The notes under the pieces were generated by a model, which searched no databases, was not told the DNA's origin, and saw nothing but the letters and a program-made list of their open reading frames with translations. Of a stretch of DNA of 64,000 bases, positions 30,474 through 41,611 are shown piece after piece (position 1 is the stretch's first letter; each line of letters opens with the position of its first letter). The stretch comes from Candidatus Eiseniibacteriota bacterium (lineage in GTDB: Bacteria > Eisenbacteria > RBG-16-71-46 > CAVPCR01): NCBI GenBank assembly GCA_963823555.1, contig CAWGMA010000001.1, forward strand, positions 288,001-352,000. Reading direction: 5' to 3'. The position numbers were made by a program, and so were the translations under genes.

Positions 30474-31127
30474 ATGCGTCGGGGCGATAAGCTGCTGATT
30501 GCGACAAGAAATCACGGCAAGCTGGAGGAGATCCGGGCTCTGCTCTCTGATCTGCCATTCGTCATCATCGGTAGCGATGAAGCCGAGGCCACCGGCGTCC
30601 ACTTGCCGGCCGTGGAAGAGGATGGGGAGACCTACGCCGAGAACGCACTCGCCAAGGCGAGGGCGGCGGCGAGGGCGGCGGGCATGGCCGCGCTGGCCGA
30701 TGATTCGGGGCTGGAGGTCGATGCCCTCGGCGGTGCGCCCGGTGTGCGCTCGGCGCGCTTTGCCGGGGCGGGCGCCAGCGACGAGGCCAACAACCGGTTG
30801 CTCCTGGCCCGTCTGGCCGGTGTGCCGGAGGCTCGCCGGACGGCCCGCTTCGTGTCGACCGTCGCCCTCGTTCTCCGCGATGGACGCGAGATCGTGACCC
30901 ACGGCAAGGTCGAGGGGAGGATCATCGGGGCGCCGCGCGGTGACGGCGGGTTCGGGTACGATCCGCTCTTCTTCTACGTTCCCTTCGGCAGCACGTTCGG
31001 CGAGGCGGCCGCGGCCGCGAAGAACGACGTCAGTCATCGCGCCGGTGCGCTTCGCGCCCTGGCCGCGGAACTCAGAGCGTTGCTCGAAGAGGATGAGGGC
31101 GGTCCGAAGGGTGGGGGAGGTGCCTGA
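30474..31127 (+). CDS. rdgB: XTP/dITP diphosphatase (Ham1/RdgB)
   Basis: ATRNHGK, ADDSGL, PGVRSARF, GFGYDP, SHR; follows rph. Confidence 0.95.
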   Translation: MRRGDKLLIATRNHGKLEEIRALLSDLPFVIIGSDEAEATGVHLPAVEEDGETYAENALAKARAAARAAGMAALADDSGLEVDALGGAPGVRSARFAGAGASDEANNRLLLARLAGVPEARRTARFVSTVALVLRDGREIVTHGKVEGRIIGAPRGDGGFGYDPLFFYVPFGSTFGEAAAAAKNDVSHRAGALRALAAELRALLEEDEGGPKGGGGA

Positions 31128-31170
31128 GCCCGATCTCAGGCCTGCCGCTGCCGGCGCGTGAGGCAGTTCA

Positions 31171-31247
31171 TGGGGTGGACGACGGGGATCGAACCCGCGA
31201 CAACCGGATCCACAGTCCGGTGCTCTACCAACTGAGCTACGTCCACC
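31171..31247 (-). tRNA. tRNA-His(GTG), including G-1
   Basis: Reverse complement GGTGGACGTAGCTCAGTTGGTAGAGCACCGGACTGTGGATCCGG...GGTTCGATCCCCGTCGTCCACCCCA. Confidence 0.96.
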
Positions 31248-31346
31248 ACCTCAAATGACTCGCGGGAATGCCTCGCGGCCCAGGAGCCGGCCCGCTTCAT
31301 GCAACGACGAGCCGTGTCCGGAGTGGTCCCGGCGCCTGTTGGAAGC

Positions 31347-31423
<77 letters not shown>

Positions 31424-31424
31424 A

Positions 31425-31501
31425 TGGTCGGGGCGAGAGGACTTGAACCTCTGGCTCCCTGCTCCCAAAGCAGGTGCGCTACCGGGCTGCGCTACGCCCC
31501 G
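31425..31501 (-). tRNA. tRNA-Pro(TGG)
   Basis: Reverse complement CGGGGCGTAGCGCAGCCCGGTAGCGCACCTGCTTTGGGAGCAGG...GGTTCAAGTCCTCTCGCCCCGACCA. Confidence 0.96.
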
Positions 31502-31719
31502 ACGAGGTGCCCGTTAGGCGCGCGCAGTGTAACGTACCCCTCAAGGGGTGTCAAAGATCGGCGGAGAGGGGGCCGGCGCCAGGCCGATGGGGCCCCTCCG
31601 GCCGACCCAGGGCGAAGAGGCGGACGGGGCCAACTTCACCAACCCCGGACCCTCTGGGAACCGTTAGCATGGAGGCGGCGGGAAGGAGCCCGCCGCGGGA
31701 ACGCGAGGAGGATATTTCG

Positions 31720-32154
31720 ATGGCAGGTGTCAACAAGGCAATCCTCATTGGCAACCTGGGGAGCGATCCGGAGCTCCGCCACACGCCCAATGGGACCCCG
31801 GTCGCGAACTTCAACATTGCCACGACCGAGCAACGCGGCGGGAAGAACGGTGAGCGTACCGAGTACACCGAATGGCACCGGATCGTGTGCTGGGGGCGCC
31901 TGGCGGAAATCGCCAACGAGTACCTGTCCAAGGGTCGCCAGGTCTTCATCGAGGGACGGATCCAGACCCGCCAGTGGGAAGACCGGGACGGCAACAAGCG
32001 CTATACGACCGAGATCGTGGCGCAGAACATGCAAATGCTGGGTCGTCCGGGCGAACGGGCTCCGGTCCCGGCCGGCGGTGGACCGAGCTACGAGAGCGAG
32101 GCCTATCCTGATCCCGGAGCAGGGACGGGCGGTGACGACGACGTTCCCTTCTAG
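31720..32154 (+). CDS. ssb: Single-stranded DNA-binding protein
   Basis: [30 protein letters not shown], acidic tail DDDVPF; GAGGAG RBS. Confidence 0.97.
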   Translation: MAGVNKAILIGNLGSDPELRHTPNGTPVANFNIATTEQRGGKNGERTEYTEWHRIVCWGRLAEIANEYLSKGRQVFIEGRIQTRQWEDRDGNKRYTTEIVAQNMQMLGRPGERAPVPAGGGPSYESEAYPDPGAGTGGDDDVPF

Positions 32155-32279
32155 GGGGCAGCGCGTTTGCCAAGACGGTGCTGCCGGGCGCCAGGGGGCA
32201 CCGTCTTGACCCTGAACCCTCCACGGTGGTAGCGTCTCGGCCCCTCTGTGGACTCTGGCCGTTTCGACGGAGAGAACGT

Positions 32280-32355
32280 GCGCCGCTAGCTCAATTGGCA
32301 GAGCAAGTGACTCTTAATCACTGGGTTCGGGGTTCGATTCCCTGGCGGCGCACCA
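32280..32355 (+). tRNA. tRNA-Lys(CTT)
   Basis: GCGCCGCTAGCTCAATTGGCAGAGCAAGTGACTCTTAATCACT...GGTTCGATTCCCTGGCGGCGCACCA. Confidence 0.96.
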
Positions 32356-32553
32356 TCCTCCTCCACTTTGCCTCCCATTCGCCCGTCTCCTCGGCCGCGC
32401 GGAGGAGCGGTGCTTTCTCCTGCTGACGCAGGATGTTACGGCGCCCGGCGCGGGCCCTGGTTGCCGGGATGCCGCCACGGGGCGGCCAGCCCCATTTTCC
32501 TTGCAGCATCCGCCACCCGGGCCGAGTAGTCTTATCATTAGCCATGGTCGTCT

Positions 32554-32912
32554 GGGGGCGACTGGCTTCGACGGGGATGGTCGAAGCGAGGATGGCGTGC
32601 CGAGGACCCCGTGATCCTCGTAAATCCCGCGGGAAAAAACCAAACGCCAATACTGAATTGGCTCTGGCTGCCTAACTAAGGCAACCCGTTCGTCGCTCCG
32701 CCGTCCGTCGCGGGGATGATGAACGACTGATTAGGCGGACTGGCCTTGAGTCCTGTCCGGGGGCTCCGGGCGAGATGATACCCGGGCTGGCTGAGCACGG
32801 ATCCCGCCGATCGGAGCCGTGGGAGGCGAGACAAAAAAAGGTCTGGCTACGCACGTAGAGGTCTTCGTCGAGGCATCTTCGGACGCGGGTTCGATTCCCG
32901 CCGCCTCCACCA
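32554..32912 (+). ncRNA. ssrA: tmRNA; tag reading frame ANTELALAA* at 32646-32675
   Basis: 5' GGGGGCGACTGGCTTCGAC pairs with 3' GGTTCGATTCCCGCCGCCTCCACCA (G3:U alanine identity pair); internal tag ending LAA-stop. Confidence 0.96.
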
Positions 32913-32919
32913 ATACTCG

Positions 32920-32980
32920 AGCCGGCATTCGCCTTCCATCCAAGCTCTGGATCAGGGAGATTGCCGGCTTTCGTTTCTCT
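32920..32980 (+). terminator. Hairpin/terminator downstream of ssrA
   Basis: AGCCGGCA...TGCCGGCT stem followed by TTCGTTTCT. Confidence 0.55.
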
Positions 32981-33069
32981 CCTCGGATCCTCGTTTCCGC
33001 GCTCATCGGCTGATCCCGTGCCCATGCTGGCCTTGGTCACGCGATTCGAGTAGCGTTCCGCGCGCAGGG

Positions 33070-33837
33070 TTGCGGTTGGAGATCTATCTGTTGGAGCCGG
33101 ATCTCGAGAATCTCGTCGCGCAGGTGCGCGCCCGACATGCTTCCGTCATGGAGACGATTGCTGCTTCGGCGCTCCGGGCCGGCCGTGATCCGGGCCAGGT
33201 CTCGGTGGTCGCGGTGACGAAGGGCTTCGGACCGGAGGCGTGTCTTGCGGCGGCGGCGGCCGGCATCGAGGCCATCGGCGAGAACCGCGTCCAGGAGGCC
33301 CGCGACAAGAAGCCCCTCGTGCTTGCGCAGCTGGCTCGCGAGCCGGCGCATGCGGCGCCGATCTGGCGGCTCATCGGGCATCTGCAGGGCAACAAGGTCC
33401 GGGCGGCACTTGCGATCTTCGACTGGTTCGATGCGGTCGATTCGCTGGCCCTGGCCATGGATCTGTCGCGGCGCGCCGCCGCCGAGGGGCGGCGGGTGCC
33501 GGTGCTGGTGGAAGTGAAGGTCGCTCCCGAGGCCTCGAAGCACGGCATCGCCCCGGCGGACGCCCATGAGCTCGTACCCAGAATCGCCGCGCTCCCCGGC
33601 CTCGATATCCAGGGGCTGATGACCGTGGCTCCGCTTCATGCTCCAGCGCGTCCCGCCTTCAGGACCCTGGCTGCGCTGCGCGATCGGCTCGTCAGCGAGG
33701 GCGGCGTCGCCCTCCCGCACCTCTCGATGGGGATGAGCAGCGATTTCGCCGAAGCCGTCGAGGAGGGTGCTACTCTGATCCGCCTGGGCACGGCGCTCTT
33801 TGGCCCCCGGCCGGCCACCGGCAGGGGGGCCGCGTGA
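33070..33837 (+). CDS. yggS: PLP homeostasis protein (YggS/PLPBP); start uncertain
   Basis: VAVTK, IGENRVQE, LIGHLQGNKV, LSMGMSSDF, GATLIRLGTALFG. Confidence 0.95.
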   Translation: MRLEIYLLEPDLENLVAQVRARHASVMETIAASALRAGRDPGQVSVVAVTKGFGPEACLAAAAAGIEAIGENRVQEARDKKPLVLAQLAREPAHAAPIWRLIGHLQGNKVRAALAIFDWFDAVDSLALAMDLSRRAAAEGRRVPVLVEVKVAPEASKHGIAPADAHELVPRIAALPGLDIQGLMTVAPLHAPARPAFRTLAALRDRLVSEGGVALPHLSMGMSSDFAEAVEEGATLIRLGTALFGPRPATGRGAA

Positions 33838-33948
33838 GGGTCCAGGAAGCCTTGGACTTGACGCGGTGGGGCAGGCAGAGTATTCGGGCGCAAGGGCTAC
33901 AGGTGGCACCGCCGTCGGAGGCGGATGCCGGCTCAACCAGGAGAAGCG

Positions 33949-34524
33949 ATGAGTCTCACCCCTCTCGATGTGCGAAAGCAGCAGTTCAAGAAGGCGCTGA
34001 GCGGTTTCGATCCCGACGAGGTCAAGGCCTTCCTGGGGCTGGTCGCCGGCGAGATGGAGCGGCTCCTCAAGGAGCATTCGGAACTGACCGAGCAGGTCAC
34101 CGCCCAGCGCAGCCGCATCGAGGAGTACCAGACGCTCGAGCGCAGTCTGCGCGACGCCGTGGTCGCCGCCCAGGGGATGCGGGACGAGTCGCGCCGGCAG
34201 GCGGAGCGTGAGGCCGAACTCATCCTGGCCAAGGCCGAGCTCGAAGCCGAAGGCCGCCTGCGGCAGAGCGAGATGCGGCTCGCCGACCTGCGCCGGGAAC
34301 TGACCGAGCTCAAGAGCGAACGGCAGAACTACCTCATTCGCTTGCGTGCCTTGATCGACACCCACATGCGCATGGTGGAGGCCAGCGAGGCGCGCTACGA
34401 GGCCATGGAGCGGTCGCCTGCTCCCGGGTCGGGGGCGGCGGCGGGATCGGAGGCGGAGCGTTCCCACACGCCGGGAGCGGGCGGGGCCTTCCGCCCGGTC
34501 GAAGCTCCCGGACCACGGCTATAG
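33949..34524 (+). CDS. divIVA: DivIVA domain protein
   Basis: MSLTPLDVRKQQFKKALSGFDPDEVKAFL followed by coiled coil. Confidence 0.9.
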   Translation: MSLTPLDVRKQQFKKALSGFDPDEVKAFLGLVAGEMERLLKEHSELTEQVTAQRSRIEEYQTLERSLRDAVVAAQGMRDESRRQAEREAELILAKAELEAEGRLRQSEMRLADLRRELTELKSERQNYLIRLRALIDTHMRMVEASEARYEAMERSPAPGSGAAAGSEAERSHTPGAGGAFRPVEAPGPRL

Positions 34525-34537
34525 GTGCCCATCTGCC

Positions 34538-34843
34538 GTGCCCCCCGGAGTCACGCTGACCTTCGCCGTGCGCGTCCGCCCGCGGGCCGGTCGCTCGGTC
34601 ATCCTCGGCCGGCGCGCCGATGGCAGCCTCGAGGTGGCGTTGCGCGCCGCCCCGGAAGGCGGCAAGGCCAACGCGGAGCTCATCCGGCTCCTGGCCAAGG
34701 CCCTGGCGGTTCCGGCCAGCGACGTGGCCATCGTGCGCGGCGCCGCCGCGCGCGCCAAGATCGTTCGAGTCATCGGCGCCGATCCGGGACGCGCCGCCGC
34801 CTTCGGACCGGCGGCAGCGATTTCGCCTGCGCCCGAGCAATAG
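34538..34843 (+). CDS. DUF167 (YggU) family protein
   Basis: VRVRPRAGRS, AAPEGGKANAELIRLLAKAL, IVRGAAARAK. Confidence 0.9.
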   Translation: MPPGVTLTFAVRVRPRAGRSVILGRRADGSLEVALRAAPEGGKANAELIRLLAKALAVPASDVAIVRGAAARAKIVRVIGADPGRAAAFGPAAAISPAPEQ

Positions 34844-34873
34844 AAAACAGAGCGCATCACTCAAGAGGAGATC

Positions 34874-35731
34874 ATGAGCCCTACCCCGACTTCGACTACC
34901 CGCGGGACGACGTCCCGGCTCAGCGCGGAGATCGAGGCGGCGGTGTCGAGCCTGCGCGCACGTACCGCCCTGGTTCCCGACGTCGCGATCATCATCGGTA
35001 CCGGGCTCGGCGCGCTGGCCCGCTCGATCACCGTCGAGGCCAGCGTGCCCTATCGGGAGATCCCCTACTTCCCGGAGTCGACCGTCGAGAGCCACGCCGG
35101 AGAGCTCATGTTCGGCCATCTCTCGGGGAAGTCCATCGTGGCCATGCGCGGGAGAGTGCACTTCTACGAGGGCTACACCATGCAGCAGGTGGGCTTCCCG
35201 GTGCGGGTCATGCGCGCCCTGGGGGCGCGCACGTTGATTGTGTCGAACGCCGTCGGCGGCATGAATCCGCTGCTCGACCTCGGTGTCATCTTCCTCACGG
35301 TCGATCACATCAACCTGATGGGGGCCAATCCCCTCATCGGTCCCAACGATGACACCCTCGGTCCGCGGTTTCCCGACATGTCGCAACCGTACGATACCAA
35401 GCTGATCGAGCTCACCGAGCGCGTGGCGCGCGATGAGCGGATTCCGCTCGCCAAGGGTGTCTTCGTCGCCGTGGCCGGGCCCAACCTCGAGACGCGCGCC
35501 GAGTACCGCTTCTTGCGCGCGATCGGCGCCGATGTGGTGGGCATGTCGTTGATCCCGGAGAACCTGGTGGCGGTGCATGCCGGCATGCGCTGTCTCGCCT
35601 TGTCGGTGGTGACCGACATCTGCCTTCCGGACGCCTTGCGTCCGGCCAACCTCGAGGAGATCCTGGCGGCGGCCGCGCGCACGGAGCCGCATCTCACCCG
35701 CCTCATCGAGCGGGTGGTGGCAGCGATGTAG
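34874..35731 (+). CDS. Purine nucleoside phosphorylase (trimeric PNP family)
   Basis: [36 protein letters not shown]. Confidence 0.95.
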   Translation: MSPTPTSTTRGTTSRLSAEIEAAVSSLRARTALVPDVAIIIGTGLGALARSITVEASVPYREIPYFPESTVESHAGELMFGHLSGKSIVAMRGRVHFYEGYTMQQVGFPVRVMRALGARTLIVSNAVGGMNPLLDLGVIFLTVDHINLMGANPLIGPNDDTLGPRFPDMSQPYDTKLIELTERVARDERIPLAKGVFVAVAGPNLETRAEYRFLRAIGADVVGMSLIPENLVAVHAGMRCLALSVVTDICLPDALRPANLEEILAAAARTEPHLTRLIERVVAAM

Positions 35732-35800
35732 AAGGGAGCCCGGAGCCGCTCGCGCGTGGACGCGGGTGATCCCTGAGGCACAACCGCGATCGAGAACCCC

Positions 35801-38800
35801 ATGTCGATGACCGATGCCAACCGCGGCGTCTTCGCCGCCGTCGAATCCGAGGTGGACTTCCCGGCCATGGAGGCCGAGATCCTCGCCTTCTGGGACGACC
35901 ACGACACCTTCAAGAAGAGCCTCGAGCTGCGCCGCGAGGGGCCGCCTTTCGTTTTCTACGACGGGCCGCCGTTCGCCACGGGGTTGCCGCACTACGGGCA
36001 TCTGCTGGCCGGCACCATCAAGGACATCGTCCCCCGCTACTGGACGATGCGCGGACACTACGTCGAGCGCCGCTTCGGCTGGGACTGCCATGGGCTCCCG
36101 GTCGAGGTCGAGATGGAACGCCAGCTCGGCATCTCCGGGAAGCGTCAGATCGAGGAATACGGCGTATCTCGCTTCAACGAGTCCTGCCGCTCGATCGTGC
36201 TGCGCTACGTCGAGGAGTGGCGAGAAGACGGTTCGCCGCATGGGTCGCTGGGTCGACTTCGACAACGACTACAAGACCATGGAGCCTGACTACATGGAGT
36301 CGATCTGGTGGGTCTTCAAGCAACTCTGGGACAAGGACCTGATCTACGCGGCTACACGGTGCAGCCCTACTGCCCACGTTGCTCGACACCGCTCTCCAAT
36401 TTCGAGGTCAACCAGGGGTACCGTGACGTCCAGGATCCATCGATGACCGTGCGCCTGCGCGCAGCCGGGGAAGGCGATGCGCGCACCTATTTCCTGGTGT
36501 GGACGACGACCCCGTGGACGCTGCCCGCCAACCTCGGGCTCGCCGTCGGTCCCGACATCGACTACGTCCTGGTCCAGGATGGGCAGGATCGCTACTGGCT
36601 GGCCAAGGACCGGGTGGCCGCCGTGTTCCGGGAGGAGGAGCCCGAGGTGCTCGCCACCCAGAAGGGGGCGAGCCTGGTCGGCCGGCGCTACGAGCCGCCA
36701 TTCGACTACTATCTTCACTACGCCGATCGCGCCTTCCGGGTCGTGCCGGCCGATTTCGTCTCGACCGAGGAGGGGACCGGGATCGTGCACATGGCGCCCG
36801 GCTTCGGCGAGGACGACTTCACGATCGGGAGTCGCGAGGGTTGGCCGGTGGCCATGCCGCTGGACGCCGAGGCTCGCTTCACCGAGGAGGTTCCCGACTA
36901 CCAGGGCTGTTCGTCAAGGATGCCGATCCGCTCATCATCAGACGTCTCCGCGAGGAAGGGAAGCTCGTCCACCAGACGACGCTGCAGCACGCCTACCCCT
37001 TCTGCTACCGCTGCGACTCACCGCTCATCTACCGGGCCATCGATACGTGGTTCGTGAACATCGAACCCGTGAAGCCGGCGATGCTCAGGGCCAATCAGCT
37101 CATCAACTGGGTGCCGGACCATCTGCGGGACGGCCGCTTCGGCAACTGGCTCGAGGGTGCGCGCGCCTGGAACCTGGGCCGCAACCGTTACTGGGGTACA
37201 CCGATTCCGGTTTGGGTGTCCGAGGACGGCGAGGAGCTCGTGTGCGTCGGCAGCCGGGAGGAGCTGGCGCGCCTCTCCGGAGTCGCATCCCGCCGACCTT
37301 CACCGCCACTTCGTCGATGAGATCACCATCCCCTCGGCTCAGGGCCGAGGGGCCCTGCGGCGCGTGCCGCAGGTGCTCGACTGCTGGTTCGAGTCGGGCT
37401 CCATGCCCTATGCCCAGAACCACTACCCATTCGCGAACAAGGAGGCATTCGAGTCCAGTTTCCCGGCCGACTTCATCGCCGAGGGACTCGATCAGACCCG
37501 CGGCTGGTTCTACACGCTGATCGTCCTCTCGGCTGCGCTCTTCGATCAGCCCGCTTTCAAGAACGTCGTCGTCAACGGCCTCGTCCTCGCCGAGGACGGC
37601 AAGAAGATGTCCAAGCGGCTCAAGAACTACCCCGAGCCGGAGGAGATCCTCAACCGCTACGGCGCCGATGCGCTGCGGGCCTATCTCATCGATTCTCCGG
37701 TGGTGCGCGCCGAGGATCTGCGCTTCTCCGAAGCCGGCGTCCGCGAGGTCATGCGTCAGGTCATCCTGCCCCTGTGGAACGCCTACTCCTTCTTCGTCAC
37801 CTACGCCAACATCGACGGTTGGACTCCGGATCGGCCGCCGCTCGAGCCCTCGGGTCGGCTCGACCGCTGGATTCTCTCGGTGCTCCATGCCCTCATCGAA
37901 GAGGTCAACACGCAGATGGATCGCTACAACCTGTACCGGGTGATTCCGGCGCTCGAGCGATTCATCGATGACCTCACCAGGTGGTACATCCGGCTGTCCC
38001 GACCGCGCTTCTGGAAGGAGGGCGAGGATGCCGACAAGGAGGCGGCCTACCAGACCCTGTACACGGTGCTCACCACGTTCTCGCGGATGCTGGCTCCCTT
38101 CCTGCCCTTCGTCTGCGAGGCGATGTATCGAAACCTCGTGGTCCGCGCCGGAGCGCCAGGTCCCGAGTCGGTGCATCTGACGGACTACCCGCAGTCCGAT
38201 CCCGATCGCCGCGATCTAGTGCTCGAGCGGGAGATGGCCCTGGCGCGCACCATCGTCGGTCTCGGGCGCGCGCTTCGCGAGCGTCACAAGGTGAAGACCC
38301 GACAGCCGCTTCGCGAGGTCGCTGTGGTGGCGCGCACCGCCGAGGAGCAGGCGCTCATCCGCGACCTCGAGGACATTGTCCTCGAGGAGCTCAACGTGAA
38401 GGAGCTGCGCTTCACCGAGCGCGAGGAAGACCTGGTCACCGTCAGCGCCAAGGCCAACTTCCGCGTCTGCGGGCCACGCTTCGGTCGCGAGATGCGGCGT
38501 GCCTCCGAGGTCATCCAGGGCTTCGATCTCCTCACCATCCGCCGCCTCGAGGCGGGAGGTGAGATCGAGGTCTGCGGCCAGCCGATCACCATCGCCGACA
38601 TCCTGATCGAGCGGCGGGAGCGCGAGGGTCACGCCACCGAGACCGAGGCCGGCGTGACGGTGAGCCTGGACATCGCGGTCACGCCCGAGCTCCGGGCGGA
38701 AGGCAATGCGCGCGAGGTGAAGAACCGCATCCAGGCCATGCGCAAGGAGGCCGGGTTTGCGGTCGACGACCGGATTCGAGTGATGATCGACGCGCCCGCC

Positions 38801-38968
38801 GACTTTGCCGCTGCGCTCGATACGCACCGGGACTACCTCAAGGCGGAGACGCTCGCCGTGGGGCTCGATCTGGTGGGAACTCCGGATTTCACCGCCGAGA
38901 TCGAGCGCTCCTGGGAAATCGACGGGCAGCGGGTGGCGATCGGGATCCGCCGCGCGGAGCGCCCGTAG
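35801..38968 (+). CDS. ileS: Isoleucyl-tRNA synthetase, type 2, broken by four apparent 1-nt indels (~36221, ~36348, ~36906, ~37285)
   Basis: [61 protein letters not shown] and KMSKR spread over five frame segments. Confidence 0.93.
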
Positions 38969-39187
38969 CGAGAGGCAAGTTCCGAGGGGGCGGCCGTCCC
39001 TTCCTCGCGGTCAAACGCCGCCAGATCCCGGTCACCACTCGCCGTGGAGTGGGGACTTGTCAGCGGCCGGTCCGGATCGTCTTGTGGCCGCCCCGGAGGC
39101 TGGCTATACTCGACGGCCACGCGCGGAGGGCTCATGCCTCTCCGCGCGTCGCCCACGGGTTCGTGGGGGAAACGAGGAGGGACGGCC

Positions 39188-39565
39188 ATGAACTCCCAGC
39201 AGCTCGAAACGTTGCGCGCCAGGCTGGTGACGGAGAGGGACCGCATCATGAAGGAGCTTGGCTACATGGAGACCCGGTTCCTCCGTTCGACGCCCCGCGA
39301 TTCCTCGGGAGACCTCTCGGGGTACGTCTTTCACCTTGCCGATGTCGGCACCGATGCCGACGAACGCGAGAAGGCCGTGCAGCTAACGTCCGCCGAGGGC
39401 CGGCTGCTGACGGCCGTGAATGCCGCTCTCGACCGTATCGAGGGCGGTAGCTACGGCACTTGTCTGAGTTGTGGTGGCGAGATCTCGATCAAGCGCCTCG
39501 AAGCCGTGCCCTCGGCCACGCTCTGCATCGAGTGCCAGGAAAAGGAGGAGCGGAACTCCCGGTGA
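39188..39565 (+). CDS. TraR/DksA family C4 zinc-finger protein
   Basis: HLADVGTD coiled-coil tip; YGTCLSCG...RLEAVP.ATLCIEC; GAGGAGG RBS. Confidence 0.92.
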   Translation: MNSQQLETLRARLVTERDRIMKELGYMETRFLRSTPRDSSGDLSGYVFHLADVGTDADEREKAVQLTSAEGRLLTAVNAALDRIEGGSYGTCLSCGGEISIKRLEAVPSATLCIECQEKEERNSR

Positions 39566-39597
39566 GCCGGTGAGTTCCGCCCAGCGGCCAGCACCCC

Positions 39598-40047
39598 TTG
39601 CCCACCCTGATCGTTACCGCAGTCCTCGTCGTCGCCTGCGACCTGGCGACCAAAGCCCTGGCTTCACGCTTGCTCCTGCCCGGACGTCCCATTCCCGTCA
39701 TCGGTGATTTCGTGCGTCTGACCCTCGTTCACAACTCGGGGGCGGCATTCGGTCTGTTCCCCGGGAGTCGTGTTGCCTTCATCATCTTCTCGCTCCTGGC
39801 GATCGGCGTCATCTTCACGCTCTTCATCCGTCTGCCCGGGCGCGGGCGGGCCGAACTCGTGGCGCTCGGAGCTCTCCTCGGGGGCGCTCTCGGCAATCTC
39901 CACGATCGAGTGAGAGCAGGATTCGTCGTTGATTTCATCGAGGTCGGCATTGGTCGCTTCCGCTGGCCGGTGTTCAACGTCGCCGACATCGCGGTGACCG
40001 GTGGCGTGATCCTCCTGCTCTTCGCCCTGGCGCGCCGGAAGTCGTGA
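39598..40047 (+). CDS. lspA: Lipoprotein signal peptidase II
   Basis: DLATK, NSGAAFG, GALGNLHDR, VVDF, FNVAD. Confidence 0.95.
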   Translation: MPTLIVTAVLVVACDLATKALASRLLLPGRPIPVIGDFVRLTLVHNSGAAFGLFPGSRVAFIIFSLLAIGVIFTLFIRLPGRGRAELVALGALLGGALGNLHDRVRAGFVVDFIEVGIGRFRWPVFNVADIAVTGGVILLLFALARRKS

Positions 40048-41041
40048 GCGGATCGCGCCAGGATCCATCCCCCTCGCCGGCGCGTATCGTCATGGTTCCA
40101 CCGGAGCTCGCCGGTGAACGGATCGATCGCGTACTGGCCCGTCTCGTCCCGGAATGGTCTCGAGCTCAGGTCCAGCGCTTGATCGAGCGTGGGCTGGTCA
40201 GGGTGGGAGGGGCGGACATCACACGATCGTCGCACCGGACGGAAGCCGGCGCGGCCATCTCGGTCATGGTCTTGCCCGAGCCGCCGGGGCCGCTTCTGGC
40301 CGAGCCCATCCCGCTCGACGTCCGTTACGAGGACGACCATCTCGCCGTGCTCGTGAAACCGGCTGGGCTCGTGATGCATCCAGGTGCCGGGGCGCGGCGC
40401 GGCACGCTCGTCGCGGGGTTGCTCGCCCGCTATGGCAAGCTCCCCGGAGATCCGGTACGGCCTGGCCTGGTTCATCGCCTGGACCGCGACACGACCGGCC
40501 TCGTCCTGATCGCCAGGGACGCGCTCGCGCTCCGGCGCCTGGCGGCGGCCGTCGCGGCGCGCGAGGTGGAGCGTAGCTACGAGGCTCTGGTCTGGGGTCT
40601 GTTGCGGGAACCCTCGGGGTTGATCACGGTTCCCATCGCCCGCAGCCGGCGCGATCGCACGCGCATGGCGCCCGCGCGGCGGGGGGGAGGAGCGCCGAAA
40701 CCGGCTATCGAGTCGTGGAGTCTCTGGGTATAGCAAGCCGACTCGAGATCAGCCTGCGCACGGGGCGCACGCACCAGATCCGGGTCCACCTCCAGCACAT
40801 CGGACATCCGGTGGTCGGTGATCCCACCTATGGGGGCCGCCCGCGGAGCTTGATTGCGGTGCCGGCATCCGAGCGGGGACGTGCGAAGCAGATGCTCGCG
40901 GTCATGCGCCGCCAGGCCCTCCACGCTTTCCGGCTCTCCTTTGTGCATCCGGTGAGCGGGGAACGGCTCACCTTCGAGGCCGCGCTGCCGGCGGACATGA
41001 CCGCTTGCCTCGAGATCCTGCGGCAGGGAGCAGGTCGATGA
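40044..41041 (+). CDS. rluD: RluA/RluD pseudouridine synthase with a frameshift in the G7 run at 40681-40687
   Basis: S4-like N-terminus, KPAGLVMHP, VHRLDRDTTG; TGRTHQIRVH, GDPTYG and RQALHA continue in another frame. Confidence 0.9.
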
Positions 41042-41577
41042 GCGGGAGGCGATTGCTCGGTATCGACTATGGGGAGCGCCGGGTCGGAGTCGCCTTGAGC
41101 GATCCCACCGGGACCTTGGCCTCGCCCCTGACCGTGATCGCCCACGAAGGAGGGCCGGAACTCGTGGACCGCCTGGTCGAGCTGGTTCAGAATGAGGGTG
41201 CGGTGGGCATCGTGATCGGTGATCCGCGACGGGCGAGCGGCGAGCGGAGCCCAGGCTCGGAGCGCGCCGAGACCCTGGCCCACGCCCTTGCCGGGCGTCT
41301 CCAGCTTCCGATCTGGCTATGGAATGAATGGGGATCTACGGTGCTCGCCGCCGAGAGGCTCTCGGCGGTCCGTCCTGCCCGTAGGGGCCGGGGCGCCGAC
41401 GCGGCAGCCAGACGCCATCGCGATGCGCGGCGGATGCGCCAGCAGAGGCTCGATCGAGCCGCCGCCGCCATCATCCTGCAGGACTTTCTCGATGCTCACC
41501 ATGATCGCGAGCTCCCGGCTCCGCTAGCGATTCAGGGGATGGATGCGAAGCCGGAGGGTCCTCTCGACACCGAGTGA
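41038..41577 (+). CDS. yqgF: YqgF/RuvX pre-16S rRNA nuclease
   Basis: LLGIDYGERRVGVALSD, IVIGDP, LDRAAAAIILQDFL. Confidence 0.9.
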   Translation: MSGRRLLGIDYGERRVGVALSDPTGTLASPLTVIAHEGGPELVDRLVELVQNEGAVGIVIGDPRRASGERSPGSERAETLAHALAGRLQLPIWLWNEWGSTVLAAERLSAVRPARRGRGADAAARRHRDARRMRQQRLDRAAAAIILQDFLDAHHDRELPAPLAIQGMDAKPEGPLDTE

Positions 41578-41611
41578 CCTGCCCGCTGGAGATCGGAGGA
41601 GGAACGACTGC

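Noticed and set aside
35732..35800. T-box leader before ileS
   Set aside because: Only ~70 nt intergenic and no T-box consensus
36215..37290. Programmed ribosomal frameshifting in ileS
   Set aside because: Would need four events in both directions without slippery sites; other indels nearby point to sequence error
39570..39600. Possible longer lspA start (GTG 39570) via an extra C in CCCC
   Set aside because: Plausible but unnecessary; TTG 39598 already yields all conserved motifs
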